Assembly (NCBI GenBank): GCA_963818475.1
Contig: CAWFSF010000006.1
Span: 800,001 to 864,000 of the forward strand
From: Nitrospirota bacterium
GTDB lineage: Bacteria > Nitrospirota > UBA9217
DNA: 64,000 nt
Reading direction: 5' to 3'
Shown here: positions 1-10,218 of the stretch, piece after piece
How the letters are laid out: each line of letters starts with the position of its first letter
Numbering within the stretch: the first letter of the stretch is position 1
Position numbers and translations under genes: made by a program
The notes under the pieces: generated by a model
Databases searched by the model: none
The model's input: only the letters and a program-made list of their open reading frames with translations
What the model was told of the DNA's origin: nothing

Positions 1-1
1 A

Positions 2-85
2 GTAGAGAAGACCCGTGAGTACAAACCGGTCATTGTAGAGATCCTCTCCCGGCCTGAAGACGGCAAGGCGGTCCCCACACGATGA
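2..85 (+). CDS. 3' end of a truncated upstream gene, product unknown
   Basis: Open frame VEKTREYKPVIVEILSRPEDGKAVPTR* ends with an ATGA overlap on the next start. Confidence 0.45.
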   Translation, partial: VEKTREYKPVIVEILSRPEDGKAVPTR

Positions 86-348
86 GAATGATCAAAAAAC
101 CAGAGGAGGCGAAGCGGCTCGCACGGACGATCGTCTCCGATATCGTTCTGTACAACCAGCAGAAGGTCAAGGAAGGCATCGAAAAGGACAGCCTTTTTGA
201 CGTGCTTACCGATGAGCTTGCTGAAGGGAAAAAATATTACGAAAGCATGGTGGAAGAGGAAATCCGTCAATCCACCAACTTTTTCAATGAAGCGCTGGTC
301 GACGTGCTGTTGAAGCAAAATGCGAAAATAAAATCAGAGATCTGGTAG
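82..348 (+). CDS. small helical hypothetical protein
   Basis: 88-aa ORF, EAKRLARTIVSDIVLYN motif, operonic context. Confidence 0.75.
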   Translation: MRMIKKPEEAKRLARTIVSDIVLYNQQKVKEGIEKDSLFDVLTDELAEGKKYYESMVEEEIRQSTNFFNEALVDVLLKQNAKIKSEIW

Positions 349-387
349 CTCATAAGATAAGCGAAATCTCTCATCAAGGGGTGTCTT

Positions 388-2505
388 ATGAAAAACGCAG
401 AGAGTAAAGAATTTCGCAATATCGCCATCCTTTCTCACGGGTCGGCAGGCAAGTCATCGCTGGCCGATGCCATGCTGTTCTCCGGCGGCGCGGTCGATGC
501 CCAGGGAAGCGTGGACGCGGACACCTCGGTGTTCATGCACGAGCCCGAGGAGATCGCGCGCAAGATCACGATCACGTCCTCCTTCGGGTATGTTGACTGG
601 AAGGGCGTGCGGATCAACATCATCGACACTCCGGGCTATATCAATTTTCTTGAAGAGATCAAAGGTACGCTCCGGGCGGCCGACGGCGCCATTGTGATCG
701 TTTCCGCGCTTTCGGGCGTCAAGGCCGAGACGGAAAAGATATACAAGTTTGCCTGCGAATATGAGATCCCGCGCATCGCCTTTGTGAGCAAGCTGGACAA
801 GGAACGGGCGGATTTCTTTCGCGCGATCGGCGACATGGAAAAGTACTTTTGCAAGAACGCCCTTGTGCTTCAGCTTCCGATCGGCCATGAGGACAGCTTC
901 CGGGGTGTCATCGACCTTATTAAAATGAAGGCACTCTTCTTCACCACCGACGGAAGCGGAAAAACGGAAGAGCAAGAAATCCCCGGAACGATGATGCAGG
1001 ATGCAGCCATGTACCGGAAAAAGCTTGTGGAACAGATCGCGGAATCGGAAGACAGTTTGCTCGAAAAGTATCTCGACAAGGGAGATCTTACGCAGGAAGA
1101 CCTTATTGCAGGACTGAAGCACGGCACGCTGGTCGGCGGCTTGTTGCCGGTCCTGTGCGGCTCCCCGGTGAAGAACATGGGCATTCACCAGCTCATGGAT
1201 GCGGTGATCACCTGTCTTCCTTCTCCAGTCGAACGGGCTGGGATCGTAGCGATCAAGGGAACGGACCCGAAGTCCGGCGGCGAGATAACGCGCAAACCGC
1301 TTCCCGAAGAACCCCTTGCCGCGCTCGTCGTCAAGACCATCATCGATCCCTTTGCCGGAAAACTCTCGGTGGTCCGTGTCTTTTCCGGCACGCTCAAGTC
1401 CGATCATGCGGTCTACAATTCCACCCGCCAGGTGAAGGAAAAGATCGGTACGCTGTTCCTGCTCCAGGGGAAGAAGCAGGTCGCGGTGCAGTCGATCCCT
1501 GCCGGTCAGATCGGCGCGATCGCCAAAATGAAGGAAACAATCACCGGCGATACGCTTTGTGCCGAGGCGCAGCCGATAACACTGGAGTTTGCGAAATTCA
1601 TCGACCCGGTCATGTCCTTCGCCATCGAACCCCGGTCCCGGGGGGACGAAGACAAGGTGAGCATCGGCATCCATAAGCTCCTGGATGAAGATCCGACGCT
1701 CCGTTTTACCATGGACGACCAGACCAAGGAAATGATCCTCTCCGGCATGGGGCAGGTGCATCTCGAGGTGACGCTCGAAAAGCTCAGACGGAAATTCGGC
1801 GTGGATGTGAAGATGAAGACACCCAAGGTCCCTTATAAGGAAACGATAAGGGCCAGGGCCAGCGCACAGGGCAAGTACAAAAAACAGAGCGGCGGCCATG
1901 GGCAGTACGGCGACGCCTGGATCGAGATCGAGCCCCTGCCGCGGGGCGGGGGATTCGAGTTCGTCGACAAGATCGTGGGAGGGGTGATCCCCCGGCAGTA
2001 TATCCCGGCAGTTGAAAAAGGCGTCCTCGAGGCCATGCATGAAGGTGCGCTGGCCGGCTATCCCATGGTCGATGTACGGGTCACGGTTTTTGACGGTTCC
2101 TACCATACGGTAGACTCGTCGGAAATGGCCTTCAAGGTCGCTGCATCCATGGGCTTCAAAAAAGCAGTGGATGCAGCCAGGCCCGTACTGCTCGAACCGA
2201 CCATGAGCGTCGAGGTCGTGTCCCCTGACGATGCCCTGGGCGCGGTCATCGGCGATATCAACTCGCGCCGGGGCAAAGTGCTGGGTGTTGTACCGCAGGC
2301 GAACGGACAGGCCATCAAAGCGCTGGTGCCCATGTCGGAAATGCTTTCCTACGCACCGTCGCTCAATTCACTCACGAGCGGCAGGGGCATGTATACTATG
2401 GAATTTTACGGCTTCGAGGACGTGCCCAGCCACTTGGCGCAAAAGATCATTGCAGAACGAAGCGCACACCTCCAGGGCGTCAATCACCATCAGAAAGAAA
2501 AATAA
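388..2505 (+). CDS. fusA: elongation factor G paralog (EF-G2)
   Basis: G-domain RNIAILSHGSAGKSS, DTPGYINF, SKLD; KKQSGGHGQYG and DSSEMAF motifs; not in the str operon. Confidence 0.92.
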   Translation: MKNAESKEFRNIAILSHGSAGKSSLADAMLFSGGAVDAQGSVDADTSVFMHEPEEIARKITITSSFGYVDWKGVRINIIDTPGYINFLEEIKGTLRAADGAIVIVSALSGVKAETEKIYKFACEYEIPRIAFVSKLDKERADFFRAIGDMEKYFCKNALVLQLPIGHEDSFRGVIDLIKMKALFFTTDGSGKTEEQEIPGTMMQDAAMYRKKLVEQIAESEDSLLEKYLDKGDLTQEDLIAGLKHGTLVGGLLPVLCGSPVKNMGIHQLMDAVITCLPSPVERAGIVAIKGTDPKSGGEITRKPLPEEPLAALVVKTIIDPFAGKLSVVRVFSGTLKSDHAVYNSTRQVKEKIGTLFLLQGKKQVAVQSIPAGQIGAIAKMKETITGDTLCAEAQPITLEFAKFIDPVMSFAIEPRSRGDEDKVSIGIHKLLDEDPTLRFTMDDQTKEMILSGMGQVHLEVTLEKLRRKFGVDVKMKTPKVPYKETIRARASAQGKYKKQSGGHGQYGDAWIEIEPLPRGGGFEFVDKIVGGVIPRQYIPAVEKGVLEAMHEGALAGYPMVDVRVTVFDGSYHTVDSSEMAFKVAASMGFKKAVDAARPVLLEPTMSVEVVSPDDALGAVIGDINSRRGKVLGVVPQANGQAIKALVPMSEMLSYAPSLNSLTSGRGMYTMEFYGFEDVPSHLAQKIIAERSAHLQGVNHHQKEK

Positions 2506-3762
2506 ATGTATAGAAAAGATACCCTCGCAAACGGGATCCGCGTTGTGTCGGAAACTCTTCCCAAGTCACGCTCGGTTTCCATCGGCGTATGGGTAAAGGT
2601 CGGCTCACGCCACGAACCGCAGGAACTGGGCGGCGTTTCGCACTTTATCGAACATATGTTCTTTAAGGGGACGGAACGGCGGAGCGCAAAGGACATCGCC
2701 ATTGAAATGGATTCCCTGGGCGGCGAGATGAACGCCTTCACCTCCCAGGAAACGACCACCTACTATGCCAAGGTGGTCGACGAGCATCTGCCGACCGTCA
2801 TCGATATCCTGGCAGATATTCTTCTCGCATCGCGTTTCGACCCTGCCGACATGGAGAAGGAGCGCAAGGTCATTCTCGAAGAGATCAAAAGCGTCGAAGA
2901 TACTCCCGATGACTACATTCACGAGCTTTTCACGAGCACGGTCTGGCCGGACAACTCCCTGGGGCGGCCCATTTTGGGGATTCCGGGTACCATCAAGACA
3001 CTTACTCACCAGAACATCATCTCCTACATCGAGAGCTATTATCTGCCCAAAGAGATCGTGATCTCCGTGGCAGGGAACTTTGAGCACAGCCGGCTGATCG
3101 AACTCCTTAATACCAGCTTCGGCAGGCTGTCGAGGGCCGGTGTCCCGAAGAAGGACCTGACCCCGGGTTTCACCCGGGCGACGGTGGTCAAAAAAAAGCA
3201 GCTGGAACAGGTGCAGATCTGTCTTGGATGCGGAGGCCTCAAGTATGCCCATGAGGACCGCTTCGTGCTCATGGCCCTTAATACCGTGCTCGGGAACAGC
3301 ATGAGCTCCCGCCTGTTCCAGGAGATCCGCGAACAGAATGCGCTGGCCTATTCCATTTATTCCTATATCACTTCGTACCGCGATACCGGCCTGCTCACGA
3401 TCTATGCAGGGACGGACCCCTCCAATGCCCTTGAAGTGGTCCGGCTCGTGACCCGTGAGCTCAAAAAGATCAAGGACGAGGGGATCACCCAGGCGGAAGG
3501 TCTGCGGGTGAAGAACCAGATCAAGGGCAGCCTGGTCCTTTCTCTTGAGAGCAGCAACAGCCATATGAGCAGGCTGGCACGGCAGGAAATATACTTCGGC
3601 AGGTATCATTCGATGGATGATATCATTAAGAGCGTTGAATCTGTGGCTCTTGATCAGGTGCAGCAACTGGCTCAGCAGCTTTTTACGCCCGAGAATCTTT
3701 CCCTCACGATCCTCGGACCGCTCAGCAAGGCCGAGGTGCCGGATGCGGTGCTGGAGATATAA
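2506..3762 (+). CDS. M16 family (pitrilysin-like) zinc peptidase
   Basis: HFIEH inverted zinc motif, NAFTSQE, SRLFQEIRE. Confidence 0.93.
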   Translation: MYRKDTLANGIRVVSETLPKSRSVSIGVWVKVGSRHEPQELGGVSHFIEHMFFKGTERRSAKDIAIEMDSLGGEMNAFTSQETTTYYAKVVDEHLPTVIDILADILLASRFDPADMEKERKVILEEIKSVEDTPDDYIHELFTSTVWPDNSLGRPILGIPGTIKTLTHQNIISYIESYYLPKEIVISVAGNFEHSRLIELLNTSFGRLSRAGVPKKDLTPGFTRATVVKKKQLEQVQICLGCGGLKYAHEDRFVLMALNTVLGNSMSSRLFQEIREQNALAYSIYSYITSYRDTGLLTIYAGTDPSNALEVVRLVTRELKKIKDEGITQAEGLRVKNQIKGSLVLSLESSNSHMSRLARQEIYFGRYHSMDDIIKSVESVALDQVQQLAQQLFTPENLSLTILGPLSKAEVPDAVLEI

Positions 3763-3771
3763 ATACCTAAA

Positions 3772-3815
3772 CAGGAGATCAGGAGACAATCTACTTCTGT
3801 TTTGGCTCCTGACTA
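3772..3815. repeat. degenerate short-period palindromic element (CAGGAG / CTCCTG arms)
   Basis: caggagatcaggag ... ggctcctgactac. Confidence 0.4.
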
Positions 3816-3827
3816 CGTTATCATACT

Positions 3828-4280
3828 ATGACTGAACATCTTGCCGTACACATAACCCAACTCAAGAATTCCGATGGACTTCCCGTTCCTCACTATCAGA
3901 CCGAGCATGCCGCGGGCGTTGACCTCTATGCGGCAGTTGACGGGTCGGTCACGATCGAAGCGGGGCGCTGGAAGCTCGTTCCCACCGGCATTGCTGTTGC
4001 CATCCCTGAGGGATACGAAGGCCAGGTTCGGCCGCGCAGCGGCCTGGCGCTTAAGCATGGGATAGGCATGCTGAACGCACCCGGGACCATCGACGCGGAC
4101 TACCGGGGAGAGATCGGTGTAATCCTCTTTAATTTCAGCGATACCTCGTTCAGCATTCGACGTGGCGACCGCATCGCACAACTGGTGCTGGCAAAAGTCG
4201 AAAAGGCGCAATTCGTAACCGTCGACGCACTGGCCGCAACGGGACGGGGTGCAGGCGGCTTCGGCCATACGGGGACGTGA
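3828..4280 (+). CDS. dut: dUTP diphosphatase
   Basis: AGVDL, RPRSGLA, GTIDADYRGE, RIAQL, RGAGGFGHTG motifs. Confidence 0.97.
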   Translation: MTEHLAVHITQLKNSDGLPVPHYQTEHAAGVDLYAAVDGSVTIEAGRWKLVPTGIAVAIPEGYEGQVRPRSGLALKHGIGMLNAPGTIDADYRGEIGVILFNFSDTSFSIRRGDRIAQLVLAKVEKAQFVTVDALAATGRGAGGFGHTGT

Positions 4281-4283
4281 GGC

Positions 4284-4415
4284 AATCATCAAATGACAAA
4301 CACCAAATGACAAATAAATATCAATCACCATGCACAAATGTTCAAACTTTTTTTGAAATTTAGTGTTTTTGTATTTGGTGCTTATTTGAAATTTGCTATT
4401 TGAGATTTACGATTT
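4284..4415. repeat. AT-rich heptamer-unit palindromic element (CAAAT units / ATTTG units)
   Basis: Left arm caaatgacaaacaccaaatgacaaataaa mirrors right arm tttgtatttggtgcttatttgaaatttg. Confidence 0.7.
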
Positions 4416-4429
4416 AGGAGATAGGTACG

Positions 4430-5750
4430 ATGAACTCTTATAGAAAAATTCTTGTCACCGTCCTGCTCTTGCTATTCACGACGGCGCCGGTCTTTTCCCA
4501 GGACCTCAAGGTCACCGAGAAGGTGCTTCCGAACGGGCTCAAGGTGTTGCTCAAGGAAGAGCATAAGGCCCCGGTGGTCACCTTTCAGATATGGTACAAG
4601 GTAGGTTCCCGCAATGAAAAACTGGGGACGACCGGCATATCGCATGTGCTGGAACATTTAATGTTCAAGGGCACGAAGAAGTACGGTCCCAAGCAGTTTT
4701 CGCAGATCGTGCAGCGGAACGGTGGCAATGACAACGCCTTTACGGGCAAGGACTATACAGCCTATTTTGAGAACTTCGCCTCAGACCGCATCGCCATCTC
4801 GCTCGACCTCGAATCCGACCGGATGCAAAATCTGCTGCTCGACCCCAAGGAGTTCCTGTCCGAACGGGATGTCGTAAAAGAAGAGCGGCGCATGCGGACG
4901 GACGATGATCCGACGAATACGATGGTGGAGCAGATGACGGCTGCCGCGTTCATTGCCCACCCCTATCAGTGGCCGGTGATCGGCTGGATGGCCGACCTCG
5001 GCAGCATCACCCGCGATGACCTTGCCGAGCATTATCACCGGTACTACGCTCCCAATAACGCAACGATCGTCGTGGCCGGGGATTTCGACACCAAGACCCT
5101 GCTGCCGATGATCGAAACGTATTTCGGGCAGATCCCCCAAGGGCCGGCCGTACCCAAGGTCGGTGCTGTCGAGCCCGGGCAGCTCGGCGAGCGCCGCATC
5201 ATCGTGAAGGAAACAGGCTGAACTGCCTGCCGTGTTCGCAGGATATCATACGCCGGACATCAAGCACGCGGACTCCTTTGCCCTCGAAGTGCTGCAGGGC
5301 ATTCTTTCGTCAGGGAAAAGTTCGCGGCTTTACAAGGCGCTCGTATACGAGAAGCAGCTCGCATTGTATGCGGGCGGTGATTACGATAATGTCGCCAATG
5401 ATCCCAGCCTGTTCTATGTGTATGCCGGCGTTATGCCCGGCAAGACAACCGATGAGGTGGAGAAGGCGCTCTATGCAGAGATCGAGAAGCTGAAGGAAGC
5501 GCCTGTTGCGGACGATGAGCTCCAAAAGGCCAAGAACCAGATAGAATCGAGCTTCATCATGGGCCAGGACTCCATTTTCTACCAGGCCATGCTCTTAGGC
5601 CAGTTCGAAACCGTGGCAAACTGGAGACTGCTTGAAAAGTACGTCGAGAACATACGAGCAGTGACCAAAGAGGACGTGATGCGGGTGGCGAAGCAGTATT
5701 TTACCGAGGACAACAGAACGGTCGGCATTCTTGTCCCGACCAACAAATAA
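4430..5750 (+). CDS. secreted M16 peptidase, catalytic subunit (one frameshift near 5215)
   Basis: Signal peptide, HVLEH motif; ORFs 4430-5221 and 5232-5750 join into one M16 protein. Confidence 0.88.
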
Positions 5751-5751
5751 A

Positions 5752-7122
5752 ATGCGGAATGCGGAGTTCGGAATGCGAAATACCGGTCTCAAACTAAAAA
5801 ATGTTCTTTGTTTGCTAACGTTCATGGTATTGGCGGCACAGCCTGCTGCGGCTGTTGCAGCAGAGCCGCTCGGCAAGCGTATTGTGCTTGAGAACGGGAT
5901 GATCCTCCTGCTCTCTGAAAAACATGATATTCCCATGGTCACGGTCAGTATGGCGATCAAGGCCGGCAATACTGCAGCACCAGCTGACAAACCCGGCATC
6001 GCTTCGCTCACGGCATCGCTCCTCACCCAGGGGACTGCACGGCGCACAGCCAGCCAGATCAGCAAAGAGATCGATTTTATCGGTGGTTCTCTCTCCGTGT
6101 CAGGCGGCGACGATTTTGCCTCGGCCGGGCTGCGGGTGCTCAAGAAGGACCTCACGACCGGTTTTGACCTCCTTGCCGATGTGCTGATGAACCCTGTTTT
6201 TGACCAGAAGGAGATCGACCGCAAGGTCAAGGAGATCCTCGCGTCCATCCAGCAGCAAAAGGACGAACCCGGCGTGGTGGCTGATGAGGCATTCACCAAA
6301 GCGGTCTTTGGCAGGAACAGCTACGGCCAGACAAACGAGGATATTGCTGCGTATCTGCCGAAGCTTACGCGACAGGAGGTCGTCGATTTCTACCATGCCC
6401 GATACGGTCCGAACAATGCGGTCATTGCCGTAGTGGGCGATGTGACCGAAGCGGAGATCGTGCAGTTGCTGAACCGGTATTTCAAAGGGTGGAAACAAGG
6501 CGAGCGGACATTGCCTGCCTCTATCGATGCGCCCAGTATCGACAAGAACGTTGTGCACAAGATAAACAAGGATATCACGCAGGCGAACATCGCCATGGGG
6601 CATCTTGGCATCAGCCGCAACAATCCTGACTACTATGCGGTAATGATCATGAACTATATCCTGGGCGGCGGCGGTTTTTCCTCCCGATTGATGGATTCTA
6701 TCCGTGACAATAAAGGACTGGCCTATGACGTGCATAGTTCTGTCGTCGCGCTCAAGGAGCCGGGGCGGTTTGAGATCACCATTCAGACCAAGAACGAGTC
6801 TGCCAATGAAGTGATCGCCGAGTCGCTGAAGGAAGTCCGCAGGATCAGGTCCGAACTCGTTGCGGAGAAGGAGCTTGCTGATGCAAAAGCATACCTGACA
6901 GGCAGTTTCCCGCTCCGGATGGATACCTCTGCAAAGATAGCCGGCATGCTGGTCTCCATTGAACTCTATGACCTCGGGCTTGACTATCCGCAGAAATATG
7001 CCGGGATCATCAACAGCGTGACCCGCGAGGACATTCTCCGCGTCGCAAAAAAATATCTCCATCCCGACCGGATGGTGATCGTCGTGGTCGCAAACCAGGA
7101 AAAAGCAAAGCTGAAATATTAA
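5752..7122 (+). CDS. secreted M16 peptidase, non-catalytic partner subunit
   Basis: M16 fold without HxxEH (ASLTASLL), ILGGGGFSSRL; N-terminus MRNAEFGMRN derives from heptamer repeats. Confidence 0.88.
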   Translation: MRNAEFGMRNTGLKLKNVLCLLTFMVLAAQPAAAVAAEPLGKRIVLENGMILLLSEKHDIPMVTVSMAIKAGNTAAPADKPGIASLTASLLTQGTARRTASQISKEIDFIGGSLSVSGGDDFASAGLRVLKKDLTTGFDLLADVLMNPVFDQKEIDRKVKEILASIQQQKDEPGVVADEAFTKAVFGRNSYGQTNEDIAAYLPKLTRQEVVDFYHARYGPNNAVIAVVGDVTEAEIVQLLNRYFKGWKQGERTLPASIDAPSIDKNVVHKINKDITQANIAMGHLGISRNNPDYYAVMIMNYILGGGGFSSRLMDSIRDNKGLAYDVHSSVVALKEPGRFEITIQTKNESANEVIAESLKEVRRIRSELVAEKELADAKAYLTGSFPLRMDTSAKIAGMLVSIELYDLGLDYPQKYAGIINSVTREDILRVAKKYLHPDRMVIVVVANQEKAKLKY

Positions 7123-7125
7123 GAA

Positions 7126-7213
7126 GGTGCAAGCAGGAAGTTGGAAGGCGGAAGTCAGATGGAATTCATTTCTTCTGGTTCCTGCCGACTGCCCTCTGAA
7201 TTCTGAATGACTG
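7126..7213. repeat. heptamer-unit palindromic element abutting the mutL start
   Basis: gcaggaagttggaaggcggaagtcag ... ctggttcctgccgactgccctctgaattctg. Confidence 0.55.
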
Positions 7214-8983
7214 CCCTCCATCGTCAAAATACTCCCCGACCTCCTGGTCAACAAGATCGCAGCCGGTGAGGTCGTCGAACGTCCGGCGTCGGTCGTCAAG
7301 GAACTGATCGAAAACTCCCTGGATGCCGGAGCGTCCGATATCTCGGTGGACATCGAACAGTCCGGCAAACGGCTGATTCGCATCATTGATAACGGCAGCG
7401 GCATGTCGAAGGACGATGCCCAGGCCGCATTTCTGCGTCACGCAACGAGCAAAATATCGACTGAGGCTGATCTTGAGGCTATCATGACCATGGGTTTTCG
7501 CGGAGAGGCCCTGGCAAGCATAGCTTCCGTGTCGCAGGTACGCCTGCAAAGCTGTCTGCGTGGCGCCCCGTCCGGCGTGGTAGTCGATATCGAAGGCGGC
7601 GCCATGAGGAGCGTGTCGGATGCCGCAGTGCCGCAGGGAACATCGCTTGAGATCGCCCACCTTTTTTACAATACGCCTGCCAGGCTCAAGTTCCTGAAAA
7701 GCCCGGCAACGGAGTTTTCCCATATCATTTCCACGGTGTCGCACCTTTCACTGGCCCATCCTGAGATCAGGTTCCGCCTGACGCACAATAAAAAGCCGGT
7801 TCTTGACCTGCCAACAGCCTCGAATCTGAAAGAACGGGTGTTCCAGATATACGGTGATGAGATCGCTGAAAATCTGGTCTCGTTCTCCGGCGGAAGAGAC
7901 AGCGTTGTTGTGGCCGGTCTGCTGAGCCGTCCCGCTTACACCCGTGCTGACCGCACCTATCAGGATTTTTTTGTGAACGGACGGTATATCAAGAATGCGT
8001 CCCTGACGCATGCGCTCTACAGCGCCTATAGCGACATGCTCTTGCGGGACCGGCACCCGCTCGGATTTATTTTTCTGCAAATAGACCCCTCGCTCGTTGA
8101 TGTGAATGTTCACCCCGCCAAGTCCGAGGTCAGATTCCGCAATCAATCGCAGATCCATGACCTGGTGCGTGACGTGGTCAGGGAAGGACTGAGGGGAGCG
8201 GGGATGTCGGCAGGAGCCAGTTCTTCTGCACATGCCGACGGCGTGAGAGAGGCGATTGGAAATTATCTTCAGAATGCGGAATTCGAAATGCGGAATGCGG
8301 ATTACACATCAGAGCAGGGAAGGTTTACGTCATCATCCCTATTTTTGCACTCAAACCCTCCTTCAAAGGAGGATCAGGCTAATTCCGAATTCCGCATTCC
8401 GCATTCCGAATTGCTCTTCCCCCTCGCCCAGGTCCATGATTCCTTTATCATCGCCCAGTCACGGGAGGGGATGGCGATCATCGACCAGCATGCTGCCCAT
8501 GAACGGGTATTGTTCGAAAAACTGCAGGACCAATACGATGCAGGGTCTCAGCTCGGACAGCATCTGCTTATTCCGGTGCAGGTGGAGCTGGGTACGGCGG
8601 AGCAGGCAGAGATCGCTGAACATCTTTCAGAGTTGGATCGTCTCGGTTTTGCTGTTGAGGATTACGGCAACGGCACCTTCATGATCAAGACCGTACCGTC
8701 GCTCCTTGCAGGCGCTGATCCCAAGCAGCTGTTCCTGGATATTCTGGATGAACTCCGGGCACTGGGTCACAGCAGGCAGATGGACAGGCTCCGGGATGCC
8801 CTGTTGAGCGTCATGGCGTGCCACCCGGCGATCAAGGTGAACCGCCATCTGGACCGTCGTGAAATGGAAGTTCTCATGGCCGACCTGTTCAAATGCCGCA
8901 TGCCCCATACCTGTCCCCATGGCAGGCCGACGATCGTGCGTTTTTCGATGGATGAGATCAAAAAAATGTTCAAGCGCCTGTAA
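7211..8983 (+). CDS. mutL: DNA mismatch repair endonuclease MutL
   Basis: In-frame upstream extension ILPDLLVNKIAAGEVVERPASVVKELIENSLDA; GFRGEAL, DVNVHPAK, DQHAAHERVLFE, CPHGRP. Confidence 0.96.
   Translation: MPSIVKILPDLLVNKIAAGEVVERPASVVKELIENSLDAGASDISVDIEQSGKRLIRIIDNGSGMSKDDAQAAFLRHATSKISTEADLEAIMTMGFRGEALASIASVSQVRLQSCLRGAPSGVVVDIEGGAMRSVSDAAVPQGTSLEIAHLFYNTPARLKFLKSPATEFSHIISTVSHLSLAHPEIRFRLTHNKKPVLDLPTASNLKERVFQIYGDEIAENLVSFSGGRDSVVVAGLLSRPAYTRADRTYQDFFVNGRYIKNASLTHALYSAYSDMLLRDRHPLGFIFLQIDPSLVDVNVHPAKSEVRFRNQSQIHDLVRDVVREGLRGAGMSAGASSSAHADGVREAIGNYLQNAEFEMRNADYTSEQGRFTSSSLFLHSNPPSKEDQANSEFRIPHSELLFPLAQVHDSFIIAQSREGMAIIDQHAAHERVLFEKLQDQYDAGSQLGQHLLIPVQVELGTAEQAEIAEHLSELDRLGFAVEDYGNGTFMIKTVPSLLAGADPKQLFLDILDELRALGHSRQMDRLRDALLSVMACHPAIKVNRHLDRREMEVLMADLFKCRMPHTCPHGRPTIVRFSMDEIKKMFKRL
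8273..8412. repeat. AATGCGG/CCGCATT heptamer palindromic element in frame within the MutL linker
   Basis: aatgcggaattcgaaatgcggaatgcggatt ... aattccgaattccgcattccgcattccgaatt. Confidence 0.85.
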
Positions 8984-9018
8984 CAACAGGCCTCATGTAT
9001 AGAAAGGACCCGTATATT

Positions 9019-9774
9019 ATGGAATGGCTCACCAACCCTGAAGCCTGGATCGCGCTCCTGACGCTGACCGCGCTCGAGATCGTGCTCGGCATCGACAACA
9101 TCATCTTCATCTCCATCCTGGTCGGCAGGCTGCCCCGCGAGAAGCGTGACAAGGCGCGCGTTCTGGGACTGGGGCTGGCCATGGTAACCAGAATCATGCT
9201 GTTGCTCTCCATTACCTGGGTCATGCGGCTGACCACGCCGTTCTTCAGCGTTCTCGGCCGGGACATCTCCGGCAGGGACCTGATCCTGATCATCGGCGGG
9301 CTTTTTCTTCTCTGGAAGAGCACTATGGAGATCCATGAAAGCCTGGAAGGAGAGGAGGAGACCAGGACAGCAAAAGCGGCCGCAGGTTTCATGGCGATTC
9401 TGGCCCAGATCGCGGTCCTGGACATTGTTTTTTCCCTCGACTCGGTGATCACTGCTGTGGGTCTTGCGAAGGATGTCATGGTGATGGTCCTCGCGATCAT
9501 GACCGCCGTGGTCGTGATGATGTTCGCTTCACGCAGCATCGGCGAATTCGTCGACCGCCACCCGACCATCAAGGTACTGGCGCTGAGCTTCCTTGTGATG
9601 ATCGGCGTAACCCTGATCATTGAAGGTTTCGGCCTGCATATTCCCAAGGGATATATTTACTTTGCCATGGCATTCTCGGTTACGGTGGAAATGCTGAACA
9701 TCAGAATGAGGAAAAAAGCGGTCCATCCGGTCAAGCTCCATAAAGCGATCGGCGATGGAGACAGCACGGAGTGA
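9019..9774 (+). CDS. TerC family membrane protein
   Basis: LEIVLGIDNIIFI and DIVFSLDSVITAVG motifs. Confidence 0.93.
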   Translation: MEWLTNPEAWIALLTLTALEIVLGIDNIIFISILVGRLPREKRDKARVLGLGLAMVTRIMLLLSITWVMRLTTPFFSVLGRDISGRDLILIIGGLFLLWKSTMEIHESLEGEEETRTAKAAAGFMAILAQIAVLDIVFSLDSVITAVGLAKDVMVMVLAIMTAVVVMMFASRSIGEFVDRHPTIKVLALSFLVMIGVTLIIEGFGLHIPKGYIYFAMAFSVTVEMLNIRMRKKAVHPVKLHKAIGDGDSTE

Positions 9775-10218
9775 TTTACCGGGGAGAGAACGTTGACGCA
9801 GGGCGAAGGGGCCGGCATTCCCTGATCGTTTCATGCATGATCTCGCTGGCGATGATCGGTATCGGATGCGCGTCCAGCCTCACCCGGGAGGAACTTCTGG
9901 GAAAGATGTCATCCGGCGCGCAACATGCTCATTATCGATGTCCGGTCGCAGGCGGAATACGACCGCGACCATTTGCCCGGCGCTGTGCATATCCCTTTTT
10001 ACGCCATACGCTCAGGACTGGGCGGTCTCGGTCAAACAAAAACCAATCCGCTGGTTCTGTACTGTGAGCACGGGCCCCGGGCCAGCATCGCCGCTCTGAC
10101 GCTCTCCCTTTCGGGCTACAAGTCGATTTATTCGCTCGAAGGACATATGAAAGGCTGGAGGAAGAGCGCCTTCCCGATCGAGATCATTTCTTATGGATCC
10201 CCAACGAACCAACACTAA
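9771..10218 (+). CDS. rhodanese-like domain (lipo)protein (frameshift near 9920)
   Basis: IIDVRSQAEYDRDHLPGA, LYCEHGPRA, LEGHMKGW; lipobox-like GIGC in the upstream frame. Confidence 0.75.

Noticed and set aside
388-2505. EF-G with altered GTPase motifs as a novelty
   Set aside because: Typical of the known EF-G2 paralog group.
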